A stretch of DNA of 64,000 nt from an uncultured Gammaproteobacteria bacterium. Its GTDB lineage: Bacteria; Pseudomonadota; Gammaproteobacteria; Steroidobacterales; Steroidobacteraceae. Numbering within the stretch: the stretch's first letter is position 1; every line of letters starts with the position of its first letter. Shown here one piece after another: positions 26,868-35,047 of this stretch. The stretch is taken from NCBI GenBank assembly GCA_963755935.1, contig CAVWME010000015.1:23141-87140 (forward strand). Reading direction: 5' to 3'. The notes below the pieces were generated by a model. That model was not told where the DNA came from. It did not search any database and saw only the letters and a list, made by a program, of their open reading frames with translations. The position numbers and the translations under genes are program-made.

Positions 26868-27437
26868 CTAACGGAAAATGCTTTGCAAAATCGTCGTGGA
26901 GGACGAATCGGCGCCCGTGGCGTTGGCGGTGACGCGATACACGGTGACCGGTGAGACGGGCGCGGCGTACTGCACCTGAGTGATGCTGTCGCCGGGCATG
27001 GCGACCGCCGGAAGACTCTCGATAATGTACTTGGGCGACTGCGCCGCCGCCGGCAACGAGGTCAGTGCCGGCATCGGGTTCGCGGGATCGGGATAGGTGA
27101 TGGCGGCCCCGGCAGCGCTCCAGTTGAGAGCGGGCGGTCCCTGCAGAACACTGCCGGTTGCGGGGTTGAGCTCATAAAATCCATTCGTGTTGGCGGCGAA
27201 CTCGGAGGGTGTGTAAACGCCGCTGGTGAGCCCGGCCTCGGCCGCGCGCAAGGCTGCCTCGGCGGCTTGCGCGCCGATTTGACGATTGTCCTCGTTGCGC
27301 GCCATGCGCTCCTCCGTGGTCTGCATGCGCGCCGCCGTCACCCCGAGCAAGCTCAAAATCAGCAGCAAGATCAACGCGACGAACAAAACGACGCCGCGCT
27401 GTTGCGGCGGCAATTTTAGTTTTTGCGGATGGCGCAT
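26868..27437 (-). CDS. pilX: type IV pilus minor pilin PilX
   Basis: QRGVVLFVALILLLILSLLGVTAARMQTTEERMARN is the PilX N-terminal domain pattern. The position between pilW and pilY1 agrees. Confidence 0.8.
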   Translation of the reverse strand: MRHPQKLKLPPQQRGVVLFVALILLLILSLLGVTAARMQTTEERMARNEDNRQIGAQAAEAALRAAEAGLTSGVYTPSEFAANTNGFYELNPATGSVLQGPPALNWSAAGAAITYPDPANPMPALTSLPAAAQSPKYIIESLPAVAMPGDSITQVQYAAPVSPVTVYRVTANATGADSSSTTILQSIFR

Positions 27438-27450
27438 GGCCGCAATCTCC

Positions 27451-28623
27451 TCAATCTTCCATGTTGCGGGTTGAAACGGTGATCTCGAACACCTGGCGCG
27501 ATCTTGTGTCGGCCGGCACGTACACCTGGTTTCCCAGCAATGTGTAGTAAGGATTGCTGCCCGGCTTGGGAGCCGCGCCGGGCTGGCTTGCGGCCAGCAA
27601 GGCGATCTTCACGCTCATCACCGTGTTGAAATCGACGACATCCACTGCCGGCACGTACTCGCTGACCGTTTGGGTGCCGGTGGTGTCGACGCCGTACAGG
27701 ATTTGCATGTTCTCAATGTCCGGGACTAGCTCGGTCGGCGTCGCGAACGTCGTGGTGGCGTTCAAATCCATGGAGAACAGCGCGGCGTCGCCGTCCGCGC
27801 CTTGACCTAGGAAGTAGACCGTCGTGTCGACCGGCGTTACCTGAGATCCGACTTCGAAACTGACAGGAAACGAGGAGGCGGCATTCATGCCTGGACTGCC
27901 GCCGGTCGCGAACGAGACCGTCGCATTCGCTACGTTCGGGGTCGGCACCGCGCCTATCTGAAACACGACCGACTTGGCGCAATCGGAAATCACGGCGAGT
28001 TGTCCGGCTTGCAAATTGTACGAATTCTGAACCGTGAAATTGTTCGCTCCGGACGCGATATTGGTGACCAGCGCGGGCGGATTAGAGGTGCGCAGGGTCG
28101 AATTCACGACCAGAACATCGCTGTTCTTGATGACCTTGTTGGCGAGCGCCGAGTCGAGATTCCCGCCCCACGCAGGCCCCGTCGATGCGAGCCAGTCGCT
28201 GAGCGAAGAGTCGGGGGTGACAGGAGTCGCGGTTGCCGTAAGGGGCGCCGCGGCCAAAGTGAAGGTGCTCGACAGCGTGTTGTTTGCCTCGTAGCCCCCG
28301 AGAGGCTGGCCGAAGTTGTAGTAGAGCGGCTTTCCAACGGCGACATTGAGCAAGGAAATCTGCCGCTGCGTCGTATTGCACGCCATGTACCCGGCATCGC
28401 GGACGGCCGATTGCAGGAAGTCGAGCGCAAACCGTCCGTTGTCGGAAAGCGCTGCCGTGCCCGACGTCGACATGAAGTTCGACCGCGAGCCCAAGAAAGC
28501 CGACATCACCGCGGCGGTGACGATGAGGGCGAGGGTCACCGCGACCATCAATTCGACGATGGAGAATCCCCGCGTGCGGGACACGGCGCGAAGGGTGGCG
28601 GGTCTCTGGCGTGCGATGCTCAT
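27451..28623 (-). CDS. pilW: type IV pilus minor pilin PilW
   Basis: Part of ORF 27451..29259, starting at MSIARQRPATLRAVSRTRGFSIVELMVAV (ATG, complement of 28621-28623; ATGA overlap with the pilV stop). The product is 390 aa. Confidence 0.85.
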   Translation of the reverse strand: MSIARQRPATLRAVSRTRGFSIVELMVAVTLALIVTAAVMSAFLGSRSNFMSTSGTAALSDNGRFALDFLQSAVRDAGYMACNTTQRQISLLNVAVGKPLYYNFGQPLGGYEANNTLSSTFTLAAAPLTATATPVTPDSSLSDWLASTGPAWGGNLDSALANKVIKNSDVLVVNSTLRTSNPPALVTNIASGANNFTVQNSYNLQAGQLAVISDCAKSVVFQIGAVPTPNVANATVSFATGGSPGMNAASSFPVSFEVGSQVTPVDTTVYFLGQGADGDAALFSMDLNATTTFATPTELVPDIENMQILYGVDTTGTQTVSEYVPAVDVVDFNTVMSVKIALLAASQPGAAPKPGSNPYYTLLGNQVYVPADTRSRQVFEITVSTRNMED

Positions 28624-29180
28624 GGATGTAACACCGTCTCCAGGGTGACGCTCATGGGAGCTGCCGTGCCCACGGCGACGCCGCCGAAAATGGATTGCGC
28701 CGCCGCGTCGTCCCATTGCACGACGATGGTCGCCATGAGCGGAGTGGTGCCTGTCACAGTCACCGAGCCCTGGCCGGATGGCAGCGCCCCATTCGTCGGC
28801 GGACCGGCCGCCAGGCGCGACTTCCAAACATAAATGTCGTAAAGCGCCAGATTCCCGGCCGAGCACGTTGTGTTCAGGCAGCTGAATCCAGGGTTCGACG
28901 CGGCCGCGCCGAGCGCCGTGTTGTAATCGAGGGCCGCGACGGCCGTCGGATTTGCGCGCATGTTGTCCAGGATCTCGTACGCCAGCTGCGTCGCCTGGCT
29001 GCGTAAGTAGGCGCTGTCGTTCGAGTGCGCAGAGTAGAGCACGAGCTTGGCGATGCCGAGCAGCCCGATGCTCAAGATGATGAGCGAGACCAGGACCTCG
29101 ACGATCGTGAATCCCGCCCCACGCGCAGCGACGGCAGGTCGGCGCTCGGCAGAGGCTCGATGAATCGCGGGCGTGCGCAT
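28620..29180 (-). CDS. pilV: type IV pilus minor pilin PilV
   Basis: Part of ORF 28620..29519, starting at MRTPAIHRASAERRPAVAARGAGFTIVEVLVSLIILSIGLLGIA (ATG, complement of 29178-29180). Confidence 0.85.
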   Translation of the reverse strand: MRTPAIHRASAERRPAVAARGAGFTIVEVLVSLIILSIGLLGIAKLVLYSAHSNDSAYLRSQATQLAYEILDNMRANPTAVAALDYNTALGAAASNPGFSCLNTTCSAGNLALYDIYVWKSRLAAGPPTNGALPSGQGSVTVTGTTPLMATIVVQWDDAAAQSIFGGVAVGTAAPMSVTLETVLHP

Positions 29181-29185
29181 GGCTG

Positions 29186-29761
29186 TTACGGGCAAGTAAG
29201 GACGGCTTTGGCTGCCGAATACCCCGGTGTGGTCGAAGATGCGATACGGCCGACTGCATTCACCTCGACGTCGCGCGAAAAGGCGCCGCCGCGGCTGTCG
29301 CAAATCTGGACCGTGAGCGCCGCATCCACCAATCCGGTCGATGAGAACGTGACTTCGGTTTGCGTAGGGGCGCCGACTTTCACGGTATTGCCCGGGGCAA
29401 AGGCGGGGACGTATTGCAGCACGGTGGGTGCCCCGGCGTTGGGGAGAGTCTCCAGAACGATCCAGCCCTGGTTCCACGCGGTGCCGCCGTTGCAGGTCAG
29501 CCCATCGCTGGACGTGCACACTTGCACGCCGCCGTTGTTCACCTTGATCGCTTCGTTGCGCGCGTAGTTGAAGCTCGCGACCAGCGAATTGATTTGCCCG
29601 ACGTCGCGGTCGTTGAGCACGAAGTTGTTGAAGGCCGGCACCGCCATGGCGGTCAGCATTCCGGCGATGGCGATCGTGACCATGAGCTCGATGAGCGTGA
29701 ACCCGCGAGCGATGGCGAGTCGAGGTAGCTTGATCGATGTAGCGTGTTTCATGGGTCCCAT
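29186..29761 (-). CDS. fimU: GspH/FimT-family minor pilin (FimU by position)
   Basis: It has ARGFTLIELMVTIAIAGMLTAMAVPAF and C-terminal ICDSRG...RDVEVNAVGR. The alternative start is Met4 at 29752. Confidence 0.8.
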   Translation of the reverse strand: MGPMKHATSIKLPRLAIARGFTLIELMVTIAIAGMLTAMAVPAFNNFVLNDRDVGQINSLVASFNYARNEAIKVNNGGVQVCTSSDGLTCNGGTAWNQGWIVLETLPNAGAPTVLQYVPAFAPGNTVKVGAPTQTEVTFSSTGLVDAALTVQICDSRGGAFSRDVEVNAVGRIASSTTPGYSAAKAVLTCP

Positions 29762-29773
29762 GCTAGGGACGTA

Positions 29774-29792
29774 AGCTTGCGGGAAACTGACG
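29774..29792 (-). promoter_or_regulatory. conserved 19-bp motif upstream of fimU (agcttgcgggaaactgacg)
   Basis: It matches the motif upstream of fimT (30456-30474) at 17 of 19 positions. It sits about 13-22 nt from the start codon, depending on which start is used. A partial second copy, ttgcggaaactg, lies at 29805-29816. Confidence 0.35.
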
Positions 29793-29890
29793 CGGAAGAG
29801 CCCGTTGCGGAAACTGTGATACGTTTCTGAATGAGATCCGCGAAAACGCGATCGGCGTCTGTAGGAGTCGATCGTCTGTAGGAGTAGAGA

Positions 29891-30433
29891 CTACGGACAG
29901 ACGAGCGGCGCGCCCGCGACGGATTTACCGGGCGTTGCCGAGGCGGCGACGCGGCCGGCGGCGTTCACCTCGACGTCGCGCGCAAACGCGGCGCCGCGGG
30001 TATCGCAGATGCTGATCGTCAACGCGCCGCTCGGCAGACCGGTCGATGCGAAGGTCACTCCGGTGGGCGATCCGGTTGCGGTCAGCGTATTGCCGGCTGC
30101 CAAGGCAGGCACGGCGGAAAGCACGCTACCCGTGCCGTTGATCACGATCCATCCTTGCGACCAGGCGCTGCCCGCGCAGGTCGTCGCGTTGACCGACGGA
30201 CACACGGTGACGCCGCCGGCGATGTTCTGTTTGATGGACTCGCTGCGCGCGTAATTGAGGCTCGCTACGAGCGAGTTCGCTTGCCCGATATCGCGATCGC
30301 TCAGCACGAAATTATTGAAGGCCGGCACCGCGATGGCGACCAATATGCCGCCGACGAGCAGCGTGACCAAAAGCTCGATGAGCGTGAACCCCGGCGCGAG
30401 GCGGATTGCGTCGGAGGAAGATGAATGGTTCAT
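29891..30433 (-). CDS. fimT: GspH/FimT-family minor pilin (FimT by position), tandem paralogue of fimU
   Basis: It has APGFTLIELLVTLLVGGILVAIAVPAFNNFVLSDRDIGQANSLVASLNYARSE and ICDTRG...RDVEVNAAGR. By eye it is roughly 55-60% identical to the neighbouring gene product. Confidence 0.8.
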   Translation of the reverse strand: MNHSSSSDAIRLAPGFTLIELLVTLLVGGILVAIAVPAFNNFVLSDRDIGQANSLVASLNYARSESIKQNIAGGVTVCPSVNATTCAGSAWSQGWIVINGTGSVLSAVPALAAGNTLTATGSPTGVTFASTGLPSGALTISICDTRGAAFARDVEVNAAGRVAASATPGKSVAGAPLVCP

Positions 30434-30455
30434 CCGTCAAAATGATAGATACGCG

Positions 30456-30474
30456 AGCTTGCGGCAAGCTGACG
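30456..30474 (-). promoter_or_regulatory. conserved 19-bp motif upstream of fimT (agcttgcggcaagctgacg) containing a 7-1-7 palindrome
   Basis: AGCTTGC-g-GCAAGCT at 30456-30470 is a perfect palindrome, 23 nt upstream of the fimT ATG. It is shared with the fimU upstream region. Confidence 0.35.
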
Positions 30475-30530
30475 ACCGCCTGCGGTGGCCTCAAACTGAG
30501 AGGCGCATCGCAAAACGTCGGTGCCTCGGC

Positions 30531-31403
30531 TCAGCGATTGGTTTGCGGCAGCGGCCCGGGCAGCACGGCTGACAGGGCCGCCTCGAGGGAACGCACATTG
30601 TCAAAAAGAGCGTCGACGTGGCCGCCGAATCCGTCATGCGATGGCGCATCGAAGATGAGCAGGCGCTTCGGCTCCGCCGCCGCCGCAAAGAGCTTCAAGG
30701 CGTGCGTATATGGGACGGTCGCGTCGGCCCGGCTGTGGGCTACGACGACTGGAATGTGGACCGAAGGCATGCGCGCGAGCGAGTCGAATTGCACCGATGC
30801 GACGTAACGCACCGGCAACCACGGGTAGCGCTCTGCAGCGGCATCGGGGATAGAAGTGAATGCACCGAACAGCACGAGCGCCGCCGCACGGTGCCGGGTC
30901 GCGAGACGGACCGCGGGCCCGGATCCCAGAGAATGCCCGAGCAAGATGATTCGCTCGGGTGCGATGCCACGGTGAATCAGGGTGTCGAACGCCGCCTCGG
31001 CATCCTCATACATGGCGGTCTCGGAAGGAACGCCCGCGCTCATGCCGAACCCGCGATAGTCGACGCCGAGGACGCTGAAGCCCGCGTCACGCAGCACCTC
31101 GCCGTGGCGCAACTGATCCGCGGAAAACGCGGAAGCGGCGTTGCCGTGCAGAAGCAGCACCCAGTACCCCGTATCGCGTGTCTCCTGCGCAGGAAACACG
31201 ATGCCGGCGATCGTGCTGTCGCCGTCGACGGCGATCGCCACTCGCTCGGTCCTCATCGGCAACTCGCCGACGAGCGACAGCTTGCTGCGGGCCGATGCGA
31301 ACACGAGATCATCCTCGTGGAGCTTGAGCCAGCCGATGGCCAGAGCGACGATCAGCATGAGAGCGGCAAGCAGCGTGCCGAGGTATCGGGCGAGGCGGCT
31401 CAA
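30531..31403 (-). CDS. membrane-anchored alpha/beta-hydrolase
   Basis: 290 aa with a TTG start overlapping the upstream stop. It has an N-terminal TM helix, LLLHGNA, the nucleophile elbow LLGHSLGSG and a late His in FGGHVD. Confidence 0.8.
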   Translation of the reverse strand: MSRLARYLGTLLAALMLIVALAIGWLKLHEDDLVFASARSKLSLVGELPMRTERVAIAVDGDSTIAGIVFPAQETRDTGYWVLLLHGNAASAFSADQLRHGEVLRDAGFSVLGVDYRGFGMSAGVPSETAMYEDAEAAFDTLIHRGIAPERIILLGHSLGSGPAVRLATRHRAAALVLFGAFTSIPDAAAERYPWLPVRYVASVQFDSLARMPSVHIPVVVAHSRADATVPYTHALKLFAAAAEPKRLLIFDAPSHDGFGGHVDALFDNVRSLEAALSAVLPGPLPQTNR

Positions 31404-32050
31404 TGCCAGCCGCTGACGGCGTTGCGGGCGGCCTCGTTGAGCGGCCGGGCGATCAGCCCGGTTTGTGACGCGTTGATTTCGTACGAGCCCTTGTCCGCCA
31501 TGGGCAGGAACGTCGCACTACCGTACAAGGCGTCCACCCACGGCAGCCAGCGATGGTAGCGCCGCGCCAGGTCCCACAAATCGATGATTTCCGGGGGACG
31601 GAGCTGATAGACCGTACGGGGCTGACCCCGCTCGTCCTCGATGTTGGTATAGCGGCCGCTGATGCGGTCAAGCCGCAGCGCTGCATCGAACCCGAGCAAG
31701 TTGACGCTGCCCTGCCATTTGAGAATGCGCGCATCCACCTGCCATTCATCGCCGCGCAGGAAGAAAACCGCGACTGTTCCATTGGGATAGGTGAGGACGG
31801 CATCGTATTGGTGAGGGGCTACGCGCGACAAATCGAGCTCGCCCACCGGGGACTCGTTGGTGAGACGCTGATACGTGCGCAGATCCAGCACCAGCGCGAA
31901 GACGGCGGCCGCCAATGCCAAGAAGACCATCGCCAGGATCCCGCTGAAGACCCCGCTGCCGATGTTCATGACGCGAAAGCGGCGCAACGCGACGATCAAT
32001 AGGAGCAGGCCGATAAGCCCGAAAATGGCGATGAGGGCGTTCAACGGCAT
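31400..32050 (-). CDS. membrane protein of unknown function
   Basis: 216 aa with two N-terminal TM helices followed by a soluble domain (WQVDARILKWQGSVNLLGFD...). It is translationally coupled to the hydrolase. I recognise no motif. Confidence 0.6.
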   Translation of the reverse strand: MPLNALIAIFGLIGLLLLIVALRRFRVMNIGSGVFSGILAMVFLALAAAVFALVLDLRTYQRLTNESPVGELDLSRVAPHQYDAVLTYPNGTVAVFFLRGDEWQVDARILKWQGSVNLLGFDAALRLDRISGRYTNIEDERGQPRTVYQLRPPEIIDLWDLARRYHRWLPWVDALYGSATFLPMADKGSYEINASQTGLIARPLNEAARNAVSGWH

Positions 32051-32266
32051 GGCGGTGACTCAAACGGACCGGAACCGAACTTCATGGGACTAACTGAAAC
32101 ACTTAGCTCGGTTCCGGTGTCTCGTTGCAGACCCGAATAGTTTGCTGTGTTTCCAATGTTTTGCAAGTGCATGGACCGAGATCGCACGCCACGACGGCGT
32201 CCGCGCATTAACTCACGTTAATGGTGGGCGCCGTGTAGGACATTGAATCGCGCCTCGCGGCGCCGG

Positions 32267-34018
32267 TCAGACTCGTGCCTTGGCGGGCGGCGCCAGCGAA
32301 TCGATCGAGGCGGGTGGCGACATCGAGTGCGATTGCACGAAGTCGACCCCCAGGGCGGTGAGCCATTCTTGCTCCGCCGCCGTCTCCATGCGTTTCGCGA
32401 CGGTGTGCATGCCGAGAACGCGGGCCATCTGCACGACCGCCGTGATGGAGGCCTGCGCGAGCTTGTCGGTGCGCATTTTGTGGGTGATTTCGGGAGCGAG
32501 CTTGACGTAGCGCACGCCCGGCAAGCGCAGCAGGTCGAAGCATTCGGTCCTGAGCGAGAAGTCATCGAGCACCAGCGGGCATCCGAGACGGTCCAGCGAT
32601 GCAGCCACTTCGCCGAGACGCGCGGCCAAGTTCACTGCCGTGGCGACATCCACCTCGAAGGCGATCATCGACTTCGGCAGCGTCGATTTGGCAAGGCAGA
32701 GGCCCACGAATTTGATGAAGTGCTCGTCGTGCAGCGCTGTGGTCGTGAGATTGACGGAGAACATGACGGCGTGCTGCTGCCATACGTCCGGATGACGCAC
32801 CAGCCACCCCACGAGCTCTGTGACGACGCGTCGATCGATCATCGAGCCGAGGCCGTTTTCGACCGCTGCCTTGAGCATGGCCTGAGGAGCGGCCTGGTCA
32901 TCCGATCCGGAGCGTAGCAGCACCTCGTATCGGCGCAGCTGACTGCCCTTGGTGAGCGGCACCAGACGCTGCACATGCAGCGCGATGGGACTTTTGCGCA
33001 GCGCCGCGTGCAGTCGATCGATTTCCGGACTAACCGACGGCGCCTGCTTGTCGAGCGAGTCCTCGAGAACCCGCTCGACGGGCGTCGGGGGCGGCGCGGC
33101 CGCCGCGGCGGCAGACTGAGGCGCGGCAGTACGTGCGGGTGCGGCCTGCGCGCGCGGCGCTCGCGCGGCGGGTGGCGGGGGCGGGGGCGGGGGCGGATAG
33201 TCGATCGTGAGCTCGAGCGCTTCCGGGCTCGGCGCGGCCGGCATCGGCGGTGCGGCCGGCATAGGCGCGACCGCCGTGGGCTTTTTGGACGCGGCGGGAG
33301 GGGCGGGGCGCGTCGCTTCGGTCCGGGCGGCCGGCGCACGAGCGGCGGGTGAAGCCACCGCCGCTGCATTGCTGGCGGGGCGCGAAGCGCTCGCCGTGCT
33401 CGCAGCGGGACGACTGCGCGCCGTCCAGGCAACTTTACTCGCGGGCGCCGAGGGGGCGAGCGGCTCGGCAAGCTGCGGTTTGCGGCCCGGGGTGGCAGCC
33501 TTGGCAGGAGCCTTGGTGGCCGGCGCGGGCGGCGGCACCGGAGCCTTCGCTGCAGGCGGCGGCTCCGGGGCGATCTGCGCCTCGGGCGGCGGATCGATGT
33601 CTGGACGCATGCCCGCAAAATCCATGAGGACTCGCTGCAGCTTCGGCGTCATGAATCTAATCGCGCCGTGCTCATCGTGGCGAAGCACACGGCTGTCGAG
33701 GACGATCATGATCGCTCCGACCATGGCGCGACGCGTGCTCACCGCACGCAGCAGCACCGCGGAACGGGCATCGCCGAGATCGTAGGCGAGAATAGGCGGC
33801 GCCTTCGGATTGGCAAACGCCTCGATGGCCTCGAGCACCGCGTTGTGCTCGTCCGGCCCCATGGAGCTCTCGCTCAGCCACAGCACGTCGCCGTTCTCGT
33901 CGTGCAAAGAAACGGCATGCGCGCGCGCTGGCTCGACGGCGGAGCGCACTTTCTGGCATACCGCATCGAAATCAACGAGCGGACTTTCCATTACGTTTAA
34001 GGGCTTGCCCTGCTCCAT
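32267..34018 (-). CDS. EAL-domain protein with degenerate catalytic motifs and a ~200-aa Pro/Ala-rich linker
   Basis: 583 aa. The C-terminal EAL fold shows YEVLLR (EVL), SVNLT, AFEVDV, VLDDFSLRTECF, YVKLAP, VAKRMET and FVQSH. The linker includes a P9 run. The N-terminal ~140 aa are unassigned. Confidence 0.8.
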   Translation of the reverse strand: MEQGKPLNVMESPLVDFDAVCQKVRSAVEPARAHAVSLHDENGDVLWLSESSMGPDEHNAVLEAIEAFANPKAPPILAYDLGDARSAVLLRAVSTRRAMVGAIMIVLDSRVLRHDEHGAIRFMTPKLQRVLMDFAGMRPDIDPPPEAQIAPEPPPAAKAPVPPPAPATKAPAKAATPGRKPQLAEPLAPSAPASKVAWTARSRPAASTASASRPASNAAAVASPAARAPAARTEATRPAPPAASKKPTAVAPMPAAPPMPAAPSPEALELTIDYPPPPPPPPPAARAPRAQAAPARTAAPQSAAAAAAPPPTPVERVLEDSLDKQAPSVSPEIDRLHAALRKSPIALHVQRLVPLTKGSQLRRYEVLLRSGSDDQAAPQAMLKAAVENGLGSMIDRRVVTELVGWLVRHPDVWQQHAVMFSVNLTTTALHDEHFIKFVGLCLAKSTLPKSMIAFEVDVATAVNLAARLGEVAASLDRLGCPLVLDDFSLRTECFDLLRLPGVRYVKLAPEITHKMRTDKLAQASITAVVQMARVLGMHTVAKRMETAAEQEWLTALGVDFVQSHSMSPPASIDSLAPPAKARV

Positions 34019-34195
34019 AGACCATTCTTGCGAGATTAGCCTGCATATGTACAGGAGCAGCTACGGAAGTGGTGTGATGGTCTTCGCCAAACGCCCTAGA
34101 AATCAGCCAGCCGGCAGCCCGGCGAAGAACGGGCGACGGCGGCGCTGTATAACATATGATGGTCATCGCGTGCCTCACACGCCTCGAAGGAACCC

Positions 34196-34906
34196 ATGTC
34201 AGCTCCGCGAATCCGTCAATTTCGATATTACGATTTTGTGATGGCCGCCTATGTTTGCGTGCTGCTCTGCTCTAACTTGATCGGGCCGGCCAAGGAAACA
34301 TCGATCCACATTCCCGGCACTTCGCTCACGCTGACCTTCCTGGCGGGCGTGTTGTTTTTCCCGATCTCCTATATTTTCGGCGACATCCTCACCGAGGTAT
34401 ACGGTTACGCCCGCGACCGGCGTGTCGTGTGGGCGGGATTCGGGGCACTCGCCTTCGCATCGCTCATGGCCGCGGTCGTCGTGCACCTGCCGCCCTCGGA
34501 CCGCTCGCGCGCGACGCAAGCGGCAGTGGACGCGATATTCGGCAACACGCCGCGTATCGTGCTCGCCTCGATCGTTGCGTTTCTGTGCGGCACATTCGTC
34601 AACAGCTATGTGCTCGCCAAGATGAAAATCTGGACCCGGGGTCGCTGGCTGTGGACGCGTATCGTCGGCTCGACTTTGTGCGGCGAGCTCGTGGACTCGG
34701 TAATTTTTTACGCGGTCGCCTTCTACGGCCTCATGCCCTGGCCGCATCTGCTCCTGATCATGTTCACGCAGTATGGGCTGAAAAGCGGCTGGGAGATCGT
34801 CGCGGCTCCGCTGACCTACCGTGTGGTTGCGTTCCTGAAGCGCGCCGAGCAGGAAGATTATTACGACATCGACACGAACTTCACACCGTTCTCGTTGCGC
34901 ACCTAG
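34196..34906 (+). CDS. yhhQ: queuosine-precursor transporter YhhQ (VUT/DUF165 family)
   Basis: 236 aa with FFPISYIFGDILTEVYGY and GELVDSVIFY, which are typical of the family. Confidence 0.85.
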   Translation: MSAPRIRQFRYYDFVMAAYVCVLLCSNLIGPAKETSIHIPGTSLTLTFLAGVLFFPISYIFGDILTEVYGYARDRRVVWAGFGALAFASLMAAVVVHLPPSDRSRATQAAVDAIFGNTPRIVLASIVAFLCGTFVNSYVLAKMKIWTRGRWLWTRIVGSTLCGELVDSVIFYAVAFYGLMPWPHLLLIMFTQYGLKSGWEIVAAPLTYRVVAFLKRAEQEDYYDIDTNFTPFSLRT

Positions 34907-35047
34907 GTTTCGCGAGCCGCCGCGTTTGATCTTTGCCTTGCCACATTTTGCCATCGCGCGATAACAAGAGCGCCCGAAACCGGGCGCCAAATGCTCCTCA
35001 CGAGGCGGCAATGCCGCCGCGAATGTCCGCAACACAGGAGGAGCGTC

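Noticed and set aside
28624-29259. N-terminal 212-aa extension of the pilW ORF (602 aa in the track). The pilV ORF has a similar extension up to 29519.
   Set aside because: The extensions overlap pilV and fimU in other frames and lack pilin features. The internal Met followed by a GF(S/T)(I/L)VE prepilin motif, with ATGA coupling, marks the real starts.
29856-29885. Tandem duplication of cgtctgtaggagt with a 17-nt period, just downstream of the fimT stop.
   Set aside because: There are only two copies in a non-coding spacer. It is most simply a small slippage duplication with no evident function.
30434-30490. A sigma54-type -24/-12 promoter (GG-N10-GC, cGGtcgtcagcTTGCc on the minus strand) upstream of fimT.
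   Set aside because: The -24 element matches poorly, and the TTGC is not conserved in the otherwise similar fimU upstream motif.
32839-33785. An Arg/Pro-rich 259-aa minus ORF and Ala/Gly-rich plus ORFs over the EAL linker.
   Set aside because: They are alternative frames of the GC-rich Pro/Ala low-complexity region and have no independent coding evidence.
34019-34195. Possible preQ1 riboswitch upstream of yhhQ, since YhhQ-family transporters are often preQ1-regulated.
   Set aside because: I could not find the short P1 hairpin with a GGUUC/ACCC-type loop followed by an A-rich tail and CUA(A)GG. The leader is GC-rich and has no A-run. An Infernal scan would be needed to be certain.
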